A stretch of DNA of 49,731 nt, taken from Thermoproteota archaeon (GTDB taxonomy: Archaea > Korarchaeota > JAOZGF01 > JAOZFZ01). The DNA lies in NCBI GenBank assembly GCA_027492035.1, contig JAOZFT010000033.1:1-49731 (forward strand), written 5' to 3'. Positions within the stretch are counted from its first letter, which is position 1, and each line of letters starts with the position of its first letter. The notes below the pieces were generated by a model. The model was not told where the DNA came from, ran no database searches, and saw nothing but the letters and a program-made list of their open reading frames with translations. Position numbers and translations under genes: made by a program. Shown here piece after piece: positions 1 through 8,961 of this stretch.

Positions 1-153
1 TTTAAGATAGCAAATATTGGCGATCTAACAGCCAATGACATCTCTGTAAACCTCATTTTACCCGATAATACAACCGCTACTAAAACAAGATGGAAAATCA
101 ATAAATTAACGGGTGGAGAAGAAATAAGTTGCCAACGGATAAACTTCCGTTAA
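1..153 (+). CDS. 3' end of a cell-surface protein with a DUF11/CARDB-like Ig domain (partial, possibly truncated)
   Basis: My translation of frame 1: FKIANIGDLTANDISVNLILPDNTTATKTRWKINKLTGGEEISCQRINFR*. The N-x-G..A..I.V...LP...W.I..L..GE pattern is typical of DUF11/CARDB domains. Confidence 0.55.
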   Translation, partial: FKIANIGDLTANDISVNLILPDNTTATKTRWKINKLTGGEEISCQRINFR

Positions 154-231
154 ATCCTTCTCTAAAGGGGTTTTTTCGGTTCCCTTCGCGTCAATAAGCT
201 TCATTTCACGCTTCACCCAATTTAGATCGAA

Positions 232-420
232 ATGGACTTTGAAACCGCTAGGGGAATAGTTGAGAAGTACAGAGCTGGAGGGGTTATGGATAGAGATGAC
301 GCTTTAAAACTCCTTGAATATTGCGGTGAAGTTAAATGTGAGAAATGCGAGCTAAATAAACACTATAGGAAATGCCCGATAACAGTGACCCTAGGCAAAT
401 CTTTCACTCTTTTGCCATGA
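232..420 (+). CDS. small Cys-rich hypothetical protein (possible Zn binder)
   Basis: 62 aa ORF with C-x4-C-x2-C-x8-C and natural-looking composition; no clear RBS. Confidence 0.35.
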   Translation: MDFETARGIVEKYRAGGVMDRDDALKLLEYCGEVKCEKCELNKHYRKCPITVTLGKSFTLLP

Positions 421-539
421 AGCATATGCTCGGCCGAGAAACCTCTTCAAATGAGAGGTTAAGGTTAGTGAAAAACTTGTGGAATAACTGAAACTAGACA
501 CTTAAAGCCAAGGGTAGAGTTAAGGTTTAATGGTTTTTT

Positions 540-567
540 GAGTGAGCATTAGGGAGTGAGCATTAGG
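540..567. repeat. perfect 14-bp tandem duplication GAGTGAGCATTAGG x2
   Basis: Read directly at 540-553 and 554-567. Confidence 0.9.
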
Positions 568-850
568 GAATATGTTGCATTAAACACAATGCTTAATCCC
601 GCAGGCCAAAAGGTATCCCCAAACTAAATTGGATGCCTAACAAGTCCATATATACCTGAGGTTTTTAACTTCTCTTTGCACAAGGTACGGGACAGAGGCT
701 GCAACCAAATACTTGTTGACACATCTAGGACTAGGCCCCTACCTTTACGCCGTAATTCACTGGGTTGACCAAGACGGTTCAGGAACAGTAAACGGTAAAG
801 ACTTGGTAGAAACTGTTCAACAGGGAATATACCACATAACCCCAGGAAAA
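568..850 (+). pseudogene. relic of an archaeal S-layer-like/cell-surface protein C-terminal domain
   Basis: Extending the 713 ORF frame upstream gives TRYGTEAATKYLL..YAVIHWVDQDGSGTVNGKDLVETV, resembling the RYGTxAA...WxDxxGxGxV motif of archaeal surface proteins. No intact start; the sequence drifts into noise after about 850. Confidence 0.5.
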
Positions 851-1361
851 CGTAACACTCACTCCACTAAACGTAACAAAATAAAACCATTAAAAAGCCG
901 CAGAAAAAAGGAACTCCCCTTCCCTTTTTTGAAAATTTTAGGCAGATTCTTCCTTGGAAACAATGGAGTAATAGGTCTTGAAAAGGGAAAGAAAACGTTA
1001 AAGAAGCGATTGAAAGGGAAGGAGCTAATTCAAAGGTTAAAAAACTATCTAATCTTTGTTATTGATTCTATGAAATGTTTCATTTAATTTAGTGGAAAAA
1101 GGATGTTCGTAAGAATTTCTTATAAATCTAAAGGGAAAAGTGTAAAGGATATAACAGCTCCTTAACAAGCTTTCTTGTAACTTTTTAACTTTCAAGGTTG
1201 ATGAAGCATTGAAGAATCAGCGTTTCCTTGAAGATGCGGCGGGGGCTTTCCAGCACATGTCCACAAAATTTTTAAAGTATTTTCAGCTATACTTCTCTTT
1301 TCACAGTTTATTCATAAACGTTTTAATAAATCTTGTGGTTAATAGGGTAGAGGTTTTCCCT

Positions 1362-2240
1362 TTGGTTAACGATATAAAACCAGGGGAATCATTGGCTGCT
1401 TTCTTTAAAATAACTAAACCTAAACAGGCTCTCCTGCTTCTTTTCACAGCCTTTTCAACTTACATTTTAACTTTCAACCTTAAAAAAGCAAGGGTTCCAG
1501 TAGAGGGAATGACTGTTTTCTTTCCTCTTTTATTGGCTTTAATGGGCGTTGACACATTAAATAACTACTTAGACAGAGACATAGATGCTGTAATGGAGAG
1601 GACTAGAAACAGGCCCTTACCTAAGGGGGAACTAAAACCCTTAACTGCTCTACTTTATGGTTCAGCCCTAATTCTTTCAGGGTTAATTTTTTCTGCGGCA
1701 ATTAACCCAAAATTGTTCATTGTAATCTTAATAGGTTCCTTAATTGATTTATTTGCGTATACAAAGTTTTTGAAGAGAAGATCTCCACTAAATATTATAA
1801 TTGGTTCATTTGCAGGTGGAGTTCTTCCTATCTATGGTTGGTTAGCTGCCTATGAATCCTTAACTTTAACTCCCTTCCTAATAAGTTGCTTAATTATTTT
1901 TTGGACGCCTTCACACATCTGGTCCTTAGCTCTCTTTTATAAAGAAGACTACAGAAAAGTGAATGTTCCAATGTTGCCTGTAGTTAAAAGTGACAACTTC
2001 ACCATAAAAGCGATAGCTTCAACGAACATTTTAACCTTTTTAGATTCTTTAATAATAGGTGTGGAAGCCCATTTAACCATTATTTACTTTCTGGTTATTA
2101 TTGCATCAAGTTTATTTTATCTTTCCCTAAACCTGTACGGCTTATTTAATCCTTCCCTGAAAATAGCTAAATACATGTTTAAAGCATCATCTCCATTCCT
2201 TGCTGTAGTTTTAGTTTCAATAATTTGTTTTTCCTTATAA
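1362..2240 (+). CDS. cyoE: protoheme IX farnesyltransferase (heme O synthase), UbiA family
   Basis: NNYLDRDIDAVMERTRNRPLP, YTKFLKRRSPLNIIIG and CyoE-type WTPSHIWSLAL..KEDY..VNVPMLPVV; multi-TM. Start moved to TTG 1362 after GAGGT at 1350. Confidence 0.9.
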   Translation: MVNDIKPGESLAAFFKITKPKQALLLLFTAFSTYILTFNLKKARVPVEGMTVFFPLLLALMGVDTLNNYLDRDIDAVMERTRNRPLPKGELKPLTALLYGSALILSGLIFSAAINPKLFIVILIGSLIDLFAYTKFLKRRSPLNIIIGSFAGGVLPIYGWLAAYESLTLTPFLISCLIIFWTPSHIWSLALFYKEDYRKVNVPMLPVVKSDNFTIKAIASTNILTFLDSLIIGVEAHLTIIYFLVIIASSLFYLSLNLYGLFNPSLKIAKYMFKASSPFLAVVLVSIICFSL

Positions 2241-2338
2241 ATTCTCGAAAAACTCTGTCCCTATCTTTTAAATAGACTCCATAAAACCTTGTCGCTGGAG
2301 GCATTTTCTCTTTTGAAAATAAGTTAGGAGGAGGAAAG

Positions 2339-3478
2339 TTGAAAGGTTTAGGGCAGGAATTAAGGAAATACTTAAATCCATGGTTTTCTTCGCTTGAAAA
2401 CCCTTCTGAAGCCCAAATCAAACTTCTAAAAAAATTAATTAATGTTTACAAAGGAACAAGGTATGGTGAAGAACACGATGTAAAAGAGGTAGGGTCTATT
2501 GAAGACTTTAGGGAGAAATTTCCAGTTGTAAAGTACAATGACCTTAAACCTTACCTGAAAAAAGTTTATGAAGGAGAATACAACGCTATTCTTAATGAAC
2601 CTCCAGTTATTTTTATGATGACAAGAGGAACAACAGGTAAATCAAAAATTATACCTGTCACTAAGTCTGAACTTGATTTAAAAATGGAAATCAGCGGAAG
2701 AGCTTTGTTGAACCATGTTTACAGAACAAAAACCTTTGAAGTACTTGAAGGGTACGATTTAAACCTTAACTTTCCATCAAAAATTGGGGAGATAAGCATT
2801 AAAGGAAAAAGGTATAGTTGTGGGTTCAGTTCAGGGATCTACGCTATGTACAGTGCTGAAAGAAGAAAAATTAAGCTTGTGCCGGAACAGCAAGAAATAG
2901 ACAAGTTAGGGCCTAATTTAACAAGGAAAGGGTGGGAGAAAAGGTTTGAACTTGTTTATGAAAAAGCTAAAGAAAAAAAGGTGACAATGCTGATAGGAGT
3001 GGTTCAAGTTATGATTGAATTTGCGAAATACCTTAAAAGAAAACATAAACTATACCCTAAAAACGTATGGAGACATTTAAAAGTTATCAACGCCTCCAGC
3101 GCCCCGAACATTCAGACAATCTATAAAGAAAGGCTGCAAGCTTTTTATGGAAAGGTTTCAGTTGTTGAAACGTATGCTGCAACAGAAGGTGTTTTTGCGC
3201 AGCAACTTGACGCCAAGCCCTTTGTTTCCCCAAATTATGACTGCTACATTTTCGAAGTTGAAACCAGGAAAGAAGTTAAAATGCTTTATGAAATGAAGAA
3301 GGGAGAAATCGGTAAATTAATTGTTTCTTCTCTCCTTTTCCCTAGATATGACATTGGCGACCTGGTCCGTTGTGAAAGAGGAAAATACTTTGTTGTCATA
3401 GGAAGAGCTAACAAGAAAACATTAATCACCCATTACCTCAACCAATTCCTTAATTACTTCACATTAAGAAAGGAGTAG
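2339..3478 (+). CDS. GH3-family (ANL superfamily) adenylate-forming protein, short form
   Basis: T.YG..H, FREKFPVVKYNDLKPY, P-loop TRGTTGKSKIIP, YAATEG, RYDIGDLV, IGR; RBS GGAGGAGG. Confidence 0.85.
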   Translation: MKGLGQELRKYLNPWFSSLENPSEAQIKLLKKLINVYKGTRYGEEHDVKEVGSIEDFREKFPVVKYNDLKPYLKKVYEGEYNAILNEPPVIFMMTRGTTGKSKIIPVTKSELDLKMEISGRALLNHVYRTKTFEVLEGYDLNLNFPSKIGEISIKGKRYSCGFSSGIYAMYSAERRKIKLVPEQQEIDKLGPNLTRKGWEKRFELVYEKAKEKKVTMLIGVVQVMIEFAKYLKRKHKLYPKNVWRHLKVINASSAPNIQTIYKERLQAFYGKVSVVETYAATEGVFAQQLDAKPFVSPNYDCYIFEVETRKEVKMLYEMKKGEIGKLIVSSLLFPRYDIGDLVRCERGKYFVVIGRANKKTLITHYLNQFLNYFTLRKE

Positions 3479-3535
3479 TACACTTTGGTAACATAGCCTC
3501 TACATAAACAGTTTTGTTGTTGACTTAAAATTTAT

Positions 3536-4945
3536 TTAAAAAACAGGAAAAATTTGCAGGAAATGTACGTAACGTTTAAACATGTATTTCAACATGTGCC
3601 TCCATATTCTTCTCTTCCATTCGTTTCTGGAAAACAGTCCCTCCAGTAAAAAGTGAAGATTCAAGTAGGTTTCCTCGTAACATAAAGAATAAAGCCTCAT
3701 AACTTGCTTCCTTGTTAAATATTTTGTTGGCATTAAAGCATGAGCCATGTCGTATTTGGAGTAGTCCGTGACTTCGATTAAATTTTTGTTTTTGGCTTCA
3801 TCAAATAAATCGGAACCTGGGAAAGGAGTCAAGACAGTGTAAATAGGGAAATCTACACCCAGCTTTTTCATAAAATTTACTTTCTCCATAATTGTTTCAT
3901 ACTTGTCTCCCCAAGTCCCTATAATCATTAATCCTTGACAAATTATGTTATTTTGTTTAAGAAGTTTAACTGCTTTCTTAACAGTTTCTATTTTCAAGTT
4001 TTTCCTTAGAACAGAAAGTTCATTATCGGTAGCTGCTTCAACTCCTATTTGAACCATTAAATTCCCTGCTCTCCTCATTTTAGGAAGTAAATCTCTGTAT
4101 TTCACAACAAAATCAGCTCTTCCTTGATAATACCAGTTCACATCTAAACCTCTCTCCTCTATTTCACTACATATTTTTTCCATGTGCTGTTTATCCACGT
4201 TAAAACAGTCATCTCCAAACCAAATACTCTCTCTTCCATACTTCTGCGTTAACAGTTCAATTTCATCCACTACCTTGGAAGGGTCTCTTTTTCTCCATTT
4301 CCTGTGCCAGAATTTCCACTCTGAACAGAAGAAACAACTAAATGGGCACCCCCTACTTGAAAGTACAACAGAGAATTTACCTAAAACAGGGAAAAAATAT
4401 TTTTTCATGGGTAAAAGATGATAAGCAGGCATCGGTAACTCATCAAGGTTTAGAAGGAGAGAGGGGTCAGGGGTTTCATAAATTTTTCCATTTAACCTGA
4501 AAATCAACCCTTTAACATTGGATAAACTAGTTCCCTTTTCTAAGGCTTTTATTAACTTAGAAAAAATAAGTTCTCCTTCCCCTTTAACAATTAAGTCAAT
4601 TTCAGAATGTTTTTTAAGTATTTCTCTACCCATGAACGTTGCATGGGAACCACCTAGCACGGTTTTAATTTCTCTATCGACTTTTTTAACTACTTCAGCT
4701 GTCTTTAAAGCAGTGTAAAAAAAGGGGGTGATAGCGGAAACCCCTACAACGTCAGGCTTCCTTTTCTCTACTTCAGACGTTAAACTACCCCAATCAATGT
4801 TTTCAGCGTTACAGTCCAGTATCTCTACTTTGTATCCTTCCCTCTCAACCATCGAAGCCAAGTAAGCTAACCCAAGTGGAGGTGAAACATGTTTCCCCAT
4901 CAGTTCCCAGAAAGGTTTAGGAGGTTCAATAAGTAAAACATACAT
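3536..4945 (-). CDS. cobalamin-binding radical SAM protein, BchE-like
   Basis: N-terminal B12 domain (PPLGLAYLA, GGSHAT); RGCPFSCFFC CxxxCxxC; CSEWKFW..RDPSKVVDEIE; TPFPGSDLF. Confidence 0.9.
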   Translation of the reverse strand: MYVLLIEPPKPFWELMGKHVSPPLGLAYLASMVEREGYKVEILDCNAENIDWGSLTSEVEKRKPDVVGVSAITPFFYTALKTAEVVKKVDREIKTVLGGSHATFMGREILKKHSEIDLIVKGEGELIFSKLIKALEKGTSLSNVKGLIFRLNGKIYETPDPSLLLNLDELPMPAYHLLPMKKYFFPVLGKFSVVLSSRGCPFSCFFCSEWKFWHRKWRKRDPSKVVDEIELLTQKYGRESIWFGDDCFNVDKQHMEKICSEIEERGLDVNWYYQGRADFVVKYRDLLPKMRRAGNLMVQIGVEAATDNELSVLRKNLKIETVKKAVKLLKQNNIICQGLMIIGTWGDKYETIMEKVNFMKKLGVDFPIYTVLTPFPGSDLFDEAKNKNLIEVTDYSKYDMAHALMPTKYLTRKQVMRLYSLCYEETYLNLHFLLEGLFSRNEWKRRIWRHMLKYMFKRYVHFLQIFPVF

Positions 4946-4946
4946 T

Positions 4947-5327
4947 CTAGGCCCTTTTCTTAATCTTAATCAATCCCTTAAGAATCAACCACAAACCAAT
5001 CACTACAAAAATAAAAGGCCACCAATCCGTAACTCCGTAAATAAATACTAAACCTAAACCTACAAATAAAACTCCTGCAAAAATCCTTCCTGAAACAGGT
5101 CTCCTATATTCAGGAACTGTTTTTCTAATGAGTGCATCAACCAAAAACAAAATCCCTAAACCAAAAATGAAATATGCCCACCATTCACTCCAAGAAATAA
5201 CCTTTTTAGTTGCTAAGTAAAAGGTTACACCTAAAAGTAAAAGAACAAGGCCACTGAAAACTACACGCAAAGGGTCCTTCTCTCTCTTCTCCCACTCCTC
5301 CTTTTCATTTCTTTCCTTCCAAGCCAT
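4947..5327 (-). CDS. small 4-TM membrane protein (LiaF/DUF5668-like), coupled to the radical SAM gene
   Basis: Hydrophobic helices with WWAYFI and WWPFIFVVIGLWLI; GGAGG RBS; stop lies 1 nt before the next ATG. Confidence 0.75.
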   Translation of the reverse strand: MAWKERNEKEEWEKREKDPLRVVFSGLVLLLLGVTFYLATKKVISWSEWWAYFIFGLGILFLVDALIRKTVPEYRRPVSGRIFAGVLFVGLGLVFIYGVTDWWPFIFVVIGLWLILKGLIKIKKRA

Positions 5328-5755
5328 TCACACAACCTCCGCATGTAAAAAGTTCTTATTTTAAATTTTTATTTTTGTTTTCATGTTCAGAAAAATTTTT
5401 CAAAAATTTTTTGTTAATGGATTGATCTTCTTTAAAAAAGAAATAAATATTTAACGAAATTAAATTTTTTCTATGGGTTCTAAATATTCTTAAGGGAACA
5501 TGTAGCAAGTTACTAAAAAGAGCATTCTTCCCCTCTGCAATTTTTTAGCTTTTTAATTTTTTTCCCTGTCTCTTTGGAACCAGTTTTTCTCTCCTTCAAA
5601 AACTAATTTACATATTTTTTATTTTTTAACCTATAAACTGAACTATTTAATACAAAAAATTTAAAAAACAATCATGTATGTTATTATACTCCTTATTTTA
5701 CTGAACAATAAAAACCTTTAAAAAGTAAGAAGTTTTCTTTCAAAAAAGGAAGGAA

Positions 5756-7012
5756 GTGACACTTTTATGGGTGAATGTAAAAAGGGGAGTCGTAAAAAAT
5801 AGTTTCAACTTAATTTTTGACGCAGAATTACTTGAACCATTTAAAAAACAGAGAATATATGTATTGGATTCACCAAGAGAATTAGGTCAGTCATCTCCCC
5901 TCTACCCTTTTGCATCAGGCGACCAAGTATTTACAGAATACTTAGATCTTCTATTGAACAAAATACATGTAGATTTTGTGGAGATAGACAATCCAGTAGG
6001 AAGTTCAACAAAAACTAGACACGCCGTAATTGCAACATCGAAATATAAAAAAGTAGTTATTCATTTAAGAGCTCATAGTTTCGACGTTGATTATTTAATT
6101 AAAAACGTTAAAGAAGCAAGGAACGTAGCTGTTTTTACAAGTGCTAATTCAAATGATTTAAAAATGTCTTGGGAGAAACATTTTTCAGAAGTAATTAATG
6201 CTTTGACTTACTTACTTGACTCCTCTTTAAACGTAAGGTTTGCAGTAGAAAACTTTTTCGTTAACTCTAGAAACAAAAAATTAAGGAAAAAAATGTTTAA
6301 ACTCTACAAAGAAGCTGTTTATTTAGGTGTGCACGAACTGGATTTACCTGACACTAGCGGGCTTTCCAACCCTTTAGAAATGTATAAGTTAAGCCGTTGC
6401 TTAATTGAAACATTCAGAAATGAAGAAGTAACTATACACATTCATTCACATGCTTCTCCAGGACATGAACCTTTAGAAAAAGCTGTTTTTGCTTTAGCTG
6501 CAGTTTTAGCTGCAAAGAAAAAGGCATGTATTCACACAACAATTAATGGGAGAGCTGAAAGAGGATACATACCTTCTCTCGTGGATGTAACTGTTCGTTT
6601 AAAAGAGTTAGGTGCAAAAACTAAGATTAACTTTAAAGAATTACTGAACCTTTACCCTCTATATTTAAAACTTTTCTGGTGGTCCCCAGCATTTAACGGT
6701 TTACATCCGCCAATATGGCTTGACCCTTCAGTGAATGCACATTATTCAGGAACACATTACTCAAAAATACTTATGGATTCCTCTGACTACGACTCAAACC
6801 CTTTTTCCAAGTCTTCAATTAAAATTTCACACGTCAGCGGCAAACACGTAATCGCATCTTTAACTAAAAAATACTCAATAAAAACAGACAGTAAAAAGGC
6901 TTCATTGAAACTGAGAGAAATTCTTTCAACTCGAGAAGCTTTCAGGTACCTCTCTTCAAATGGGGAATTGAAAGAGTTAAGTTTACTGGAGGAAATAACT
7001 CAGGAAAGTTAA
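5756..7012 (+). CDS. highly divergent DRE-TIM metallolyase (homocitrate/isopropylmalate synthase-like)
   Basis: VLDSPRELGQ (cf. DSTLREGEQ), LPDTSG, HIHSH, HTTINGRAERG, AHYSGTH, SHVSGKH; sits upstream of lysX. Confidence 0.7.
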   Translation: MTLLWVNVKRGVVKNSFNLIFDAELLEPFKKQRIYVLDSPRELGQSSPLYPFASGDQVFTEYLDLLLNKIHVDFVEIDNPVGSSTKTRHAVIATSKYKKVVIHLRAHSFDVDYLIKNVKEARNVAVFTSANSNDLKMSWEKHFSEVINALTYLLDSSLNVRFAVENFFVNSRNKKLRKKMFKLYKEAVYLGVHELDLPDTSGLSNPLEMYKLSRCLIETFRNEEVTIHIHSHASPGHEPLEKAVFALAAVLAAKKKACIHTTINGRAERGYIPSLVDVTVRLKELGAKTKINFKELLNLYPLYLKLFWWSPAFNGLHPPIWLDPSVNAHYSGTHYSKILMDSSDYDSNPFSKSSIKISHVSGKHVIASLTKKYSIKTDSKKASLKLREILSTREAFRYLSSNGELKELSLLEEITQES

Positions 7013-7036
7013 TAAAATGGAAAGGAGGAAAAATAA

Positions 7037-7891
7037 ATGGTGAAAATAGGTTTACTGGTGGATAAAATAAGACTGGATGAAAAATTAATTCTGCAAGCAG
7101 CTGAGAAACAAAACGTAGATATAGAAATAATAGACACTTCAAATTTAATGTTAAACATTACTGATCTCCAAAGTAATGTTTATCCTGACGTAGATGTTTT
7201 CCTTCAAAGATGTGTAAGTACACTTCGAGGCCTGTACATAACACAAATCCTTGAAGCTAAAGGGTGCACTGTCATAAACGATTTTAATTCGTCTCAACTT
7301 TGCCTAGATAAAGTAAGATGCTCAATAAAACTTACACAAAACAAAATACCTACACCTAAAACTTACGTGTGTTTCACGGAAAAAGCAGGACTTGAAGCCC
7401 TTAAAAAAATAGGGTATCCGGCTATTTTGAAGCCAATAATGGGAAGCTGGGCCCGTTTAGTTGCTAAAATAAACGATGAAGAAGCAGCTAAATCAATTTT
7501 TGAAGACAGGAACATGATGGGGGTTTGGTACAGTATTTTTTACCTTCAAGAATTCATTAATAAACCAGGGAAAGATATACGTTCAACAGTTATTGGAGAT
7601 AAAGTTGTTGCGGCAATTTATCGCATAAACACTAGTGATTGGCGAACTAACACAGCAAGAGGAGCAAAGGCTGTTAAATGCGAAATAAACCCTAGACTTG
7701 AAGAATTAAGTTTAAAAGCTGCTGAAGCAATGGGGGGAGGAATGTACGGTGTAGATTTAATGGAGACAAATGGGGACTATGTTGTCCATGAAGTAAACCA
7801 CTCTTTTGAATTCAAAAATGTTCAAAGAGTAACAGGTGTGGATGTAGCCAGTGAAATAATAAAATATTTAGTTGATGTTATGAAGAAATAA
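7037..7891 (+). CDS. lysX: LysW:alpha-aminoadipate ligase (RimK-family ATP-grasp)
   Basis: KPIMGSWARLV, FYLQEFINKPGKDIR, AAIYR, WRTNTARG, EVNHSFEFKN (LysX-type rather than ArgX-type signatures). Confidence 0.85.
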   Translation: MVKIGLLVDKIRLDEKLILQAAEKQNVDIEIIDTSNLMLNITDLQSNVYPDVDVFLQRCVSTLRGLYITQILEAKGCTVINDFNSSQLCLDKVRCSIKLTQNKIPTPKTYVCFTEKAGLEALKKIGYPAILKPIMGSWARLVAKINDEEAAKSIFEDRNMMGVWYSIFYLQEFINKPGKDIRSTVIGDKVVAAIYRINTSDWRTNTARGAKAVKCEINPRLEELSLKAAEAMGGGMYGVDLMETNGDYVVHEVNHSFEFKNVQRVTGVDVASEIIKYLVDVMKK

Positions 7892-7941
7892 AAATAGGTA
7901 CTTCTCAAAATTTCAAAAATTTATAGAAAGGTTTCTTTGTC

Positions 7942-8961
7942 TTGAAGTACAAAATAGCTGTGATAGAAGGAGATGGTGTAGGCCCTGAAATAATGAATTC
8001 AGCTTTAGAGATCCTAAATACTTTAACTCTTCCATTTGAATACATAAAACTTGATGTAGGCTATAAAAAATGGATGGAAACAGGTGAAGCAATAAGTCAA
8101 GGCGACATGGATATTTTGAAAAAGTGTGACGCTACCTTAAAAGCCCCCCTTTACACTCCTTCATCAAAAGAAAAGAATTTTTCAAGTGTTACTTTAACTA
8201 TTAGGAAAGAACTTGATGTTTATGCAAACATAAGACCCATAAAAACGTTTCCAGGAATATCTCCATTCACCGGCCTTGACCTAATAATAGTTAGGGAAAA
8301 CACTGAAGGACTTTACTCTGGTGTTGAACATTCCGTCAACAACGGAGCTGTCACTGAAAGAATAATAACTAAAGCTTCATGTGAAAAAATCTGTAAATAC
8401 GCTTTCAATCTAGCTTTAAAAGAGGGAAGAAGAAAAGTAACTTGTGTACATAAAGCAAATATATTGAAAAAAACTTGCGGGTTATTTAGAGAAACCTTTT
8501 TTGAAACAGCCAAAGACTATCCTTCAATTGAAGCAGAAGAAACTCTTGTGGATGCATGTGCCTACAAATTAATTCGTAACCCTTCAAGTTTCGACGTAAT
8601 AGTTACAACCAACATGTTTGGAGACATATTATCAGATGAAGCAGCTGCTTTAACAGGTAGTCTAGGTCTCGTAGGCAGTTGCAATATAGGTGAAAAACAT
8701 GCAGTTTTTGAACCTATTCACGGTACAGCTCCTGATATTGCGAATGAAGGAGTAGCTAACCCTATAGGAATGATAATGGCTGCAAGTTACATGTGCAACT
8801 TTTTAGGGTTTAAAAATGAAGGAGAAAAAATAAGGAAGTCAGTAACAGAGGTTTTAAAGGAAAAGAAAAATTTAACCCCTGACCTTGGAGGCAAATTAAA
8901 CACTAAACAGTTAACTAATAAAATCAAGGAAGTGTTGATTCAGAAGTATTTAATTCAATAA
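7942..8961 (+). CDS. isocitrate/isopropylmalate dehydrogenase family, likely homoisocitrate dehydrogenase
   Basis: EGDGVGPEI, RENTEGLY, HKAN, TTNMFGDILSDEAA, FEPIHGTAPDIA; context with lysX. Confidence 0.85.
   Translation: MKYKIAVIEGDGVGPEIMNSALEILNTLTLPFEYIKLDVGYKKWMETGEAISQGDMDILKKCDATLKAPLYTPSSKEKNFSSVTLTIRKELDVYANIRPIKTFPGISPFTGLDLIIVRENTEGLYSGVEHSVNNGAVTERIITKASCEKICKYAFNLALKEGRRKVTCVHKANILKKTCGLFRETFFETAKDYPSIEAEETLVDACAYKLIRNPSSFDVIVTTNMFGDILSDEAAALTGSLGLVGSCNIGEKHAVFEPIHGTAPDIANEGVANPIGMIMAASYMCNFLGFKNEGEKIRKSVTEVLKEKKNLTPDLGGKLNTKQLTNKIKEVLIQKYLIQ

Noticed and set aside
713-1087. 124-aa ORF as a real gene
   Set aside because: Only the first 40 or so codons look like protein (surface-protein relic); the rest is Lys-rich drift
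1209-1361. N-terminal extension of cyoE in the ORF track
   Set aside because: An SD precedes TTG 1362 and the resulting length fits the family; the extension crosses AT-rich promoter-like DNA
3536-4945. Evidence for bacteriochlorophyll synthesis
   Set aside because: No bch/chl genes nearby; BchE-like radical SAMs are widespread outside phototrophs
5328-5755. Hidden lysW or other small ORF upstream of the lys-like operon
   Set aside because: Very AT-rich; no CxxC pairs or EDWGE-coding sequence found
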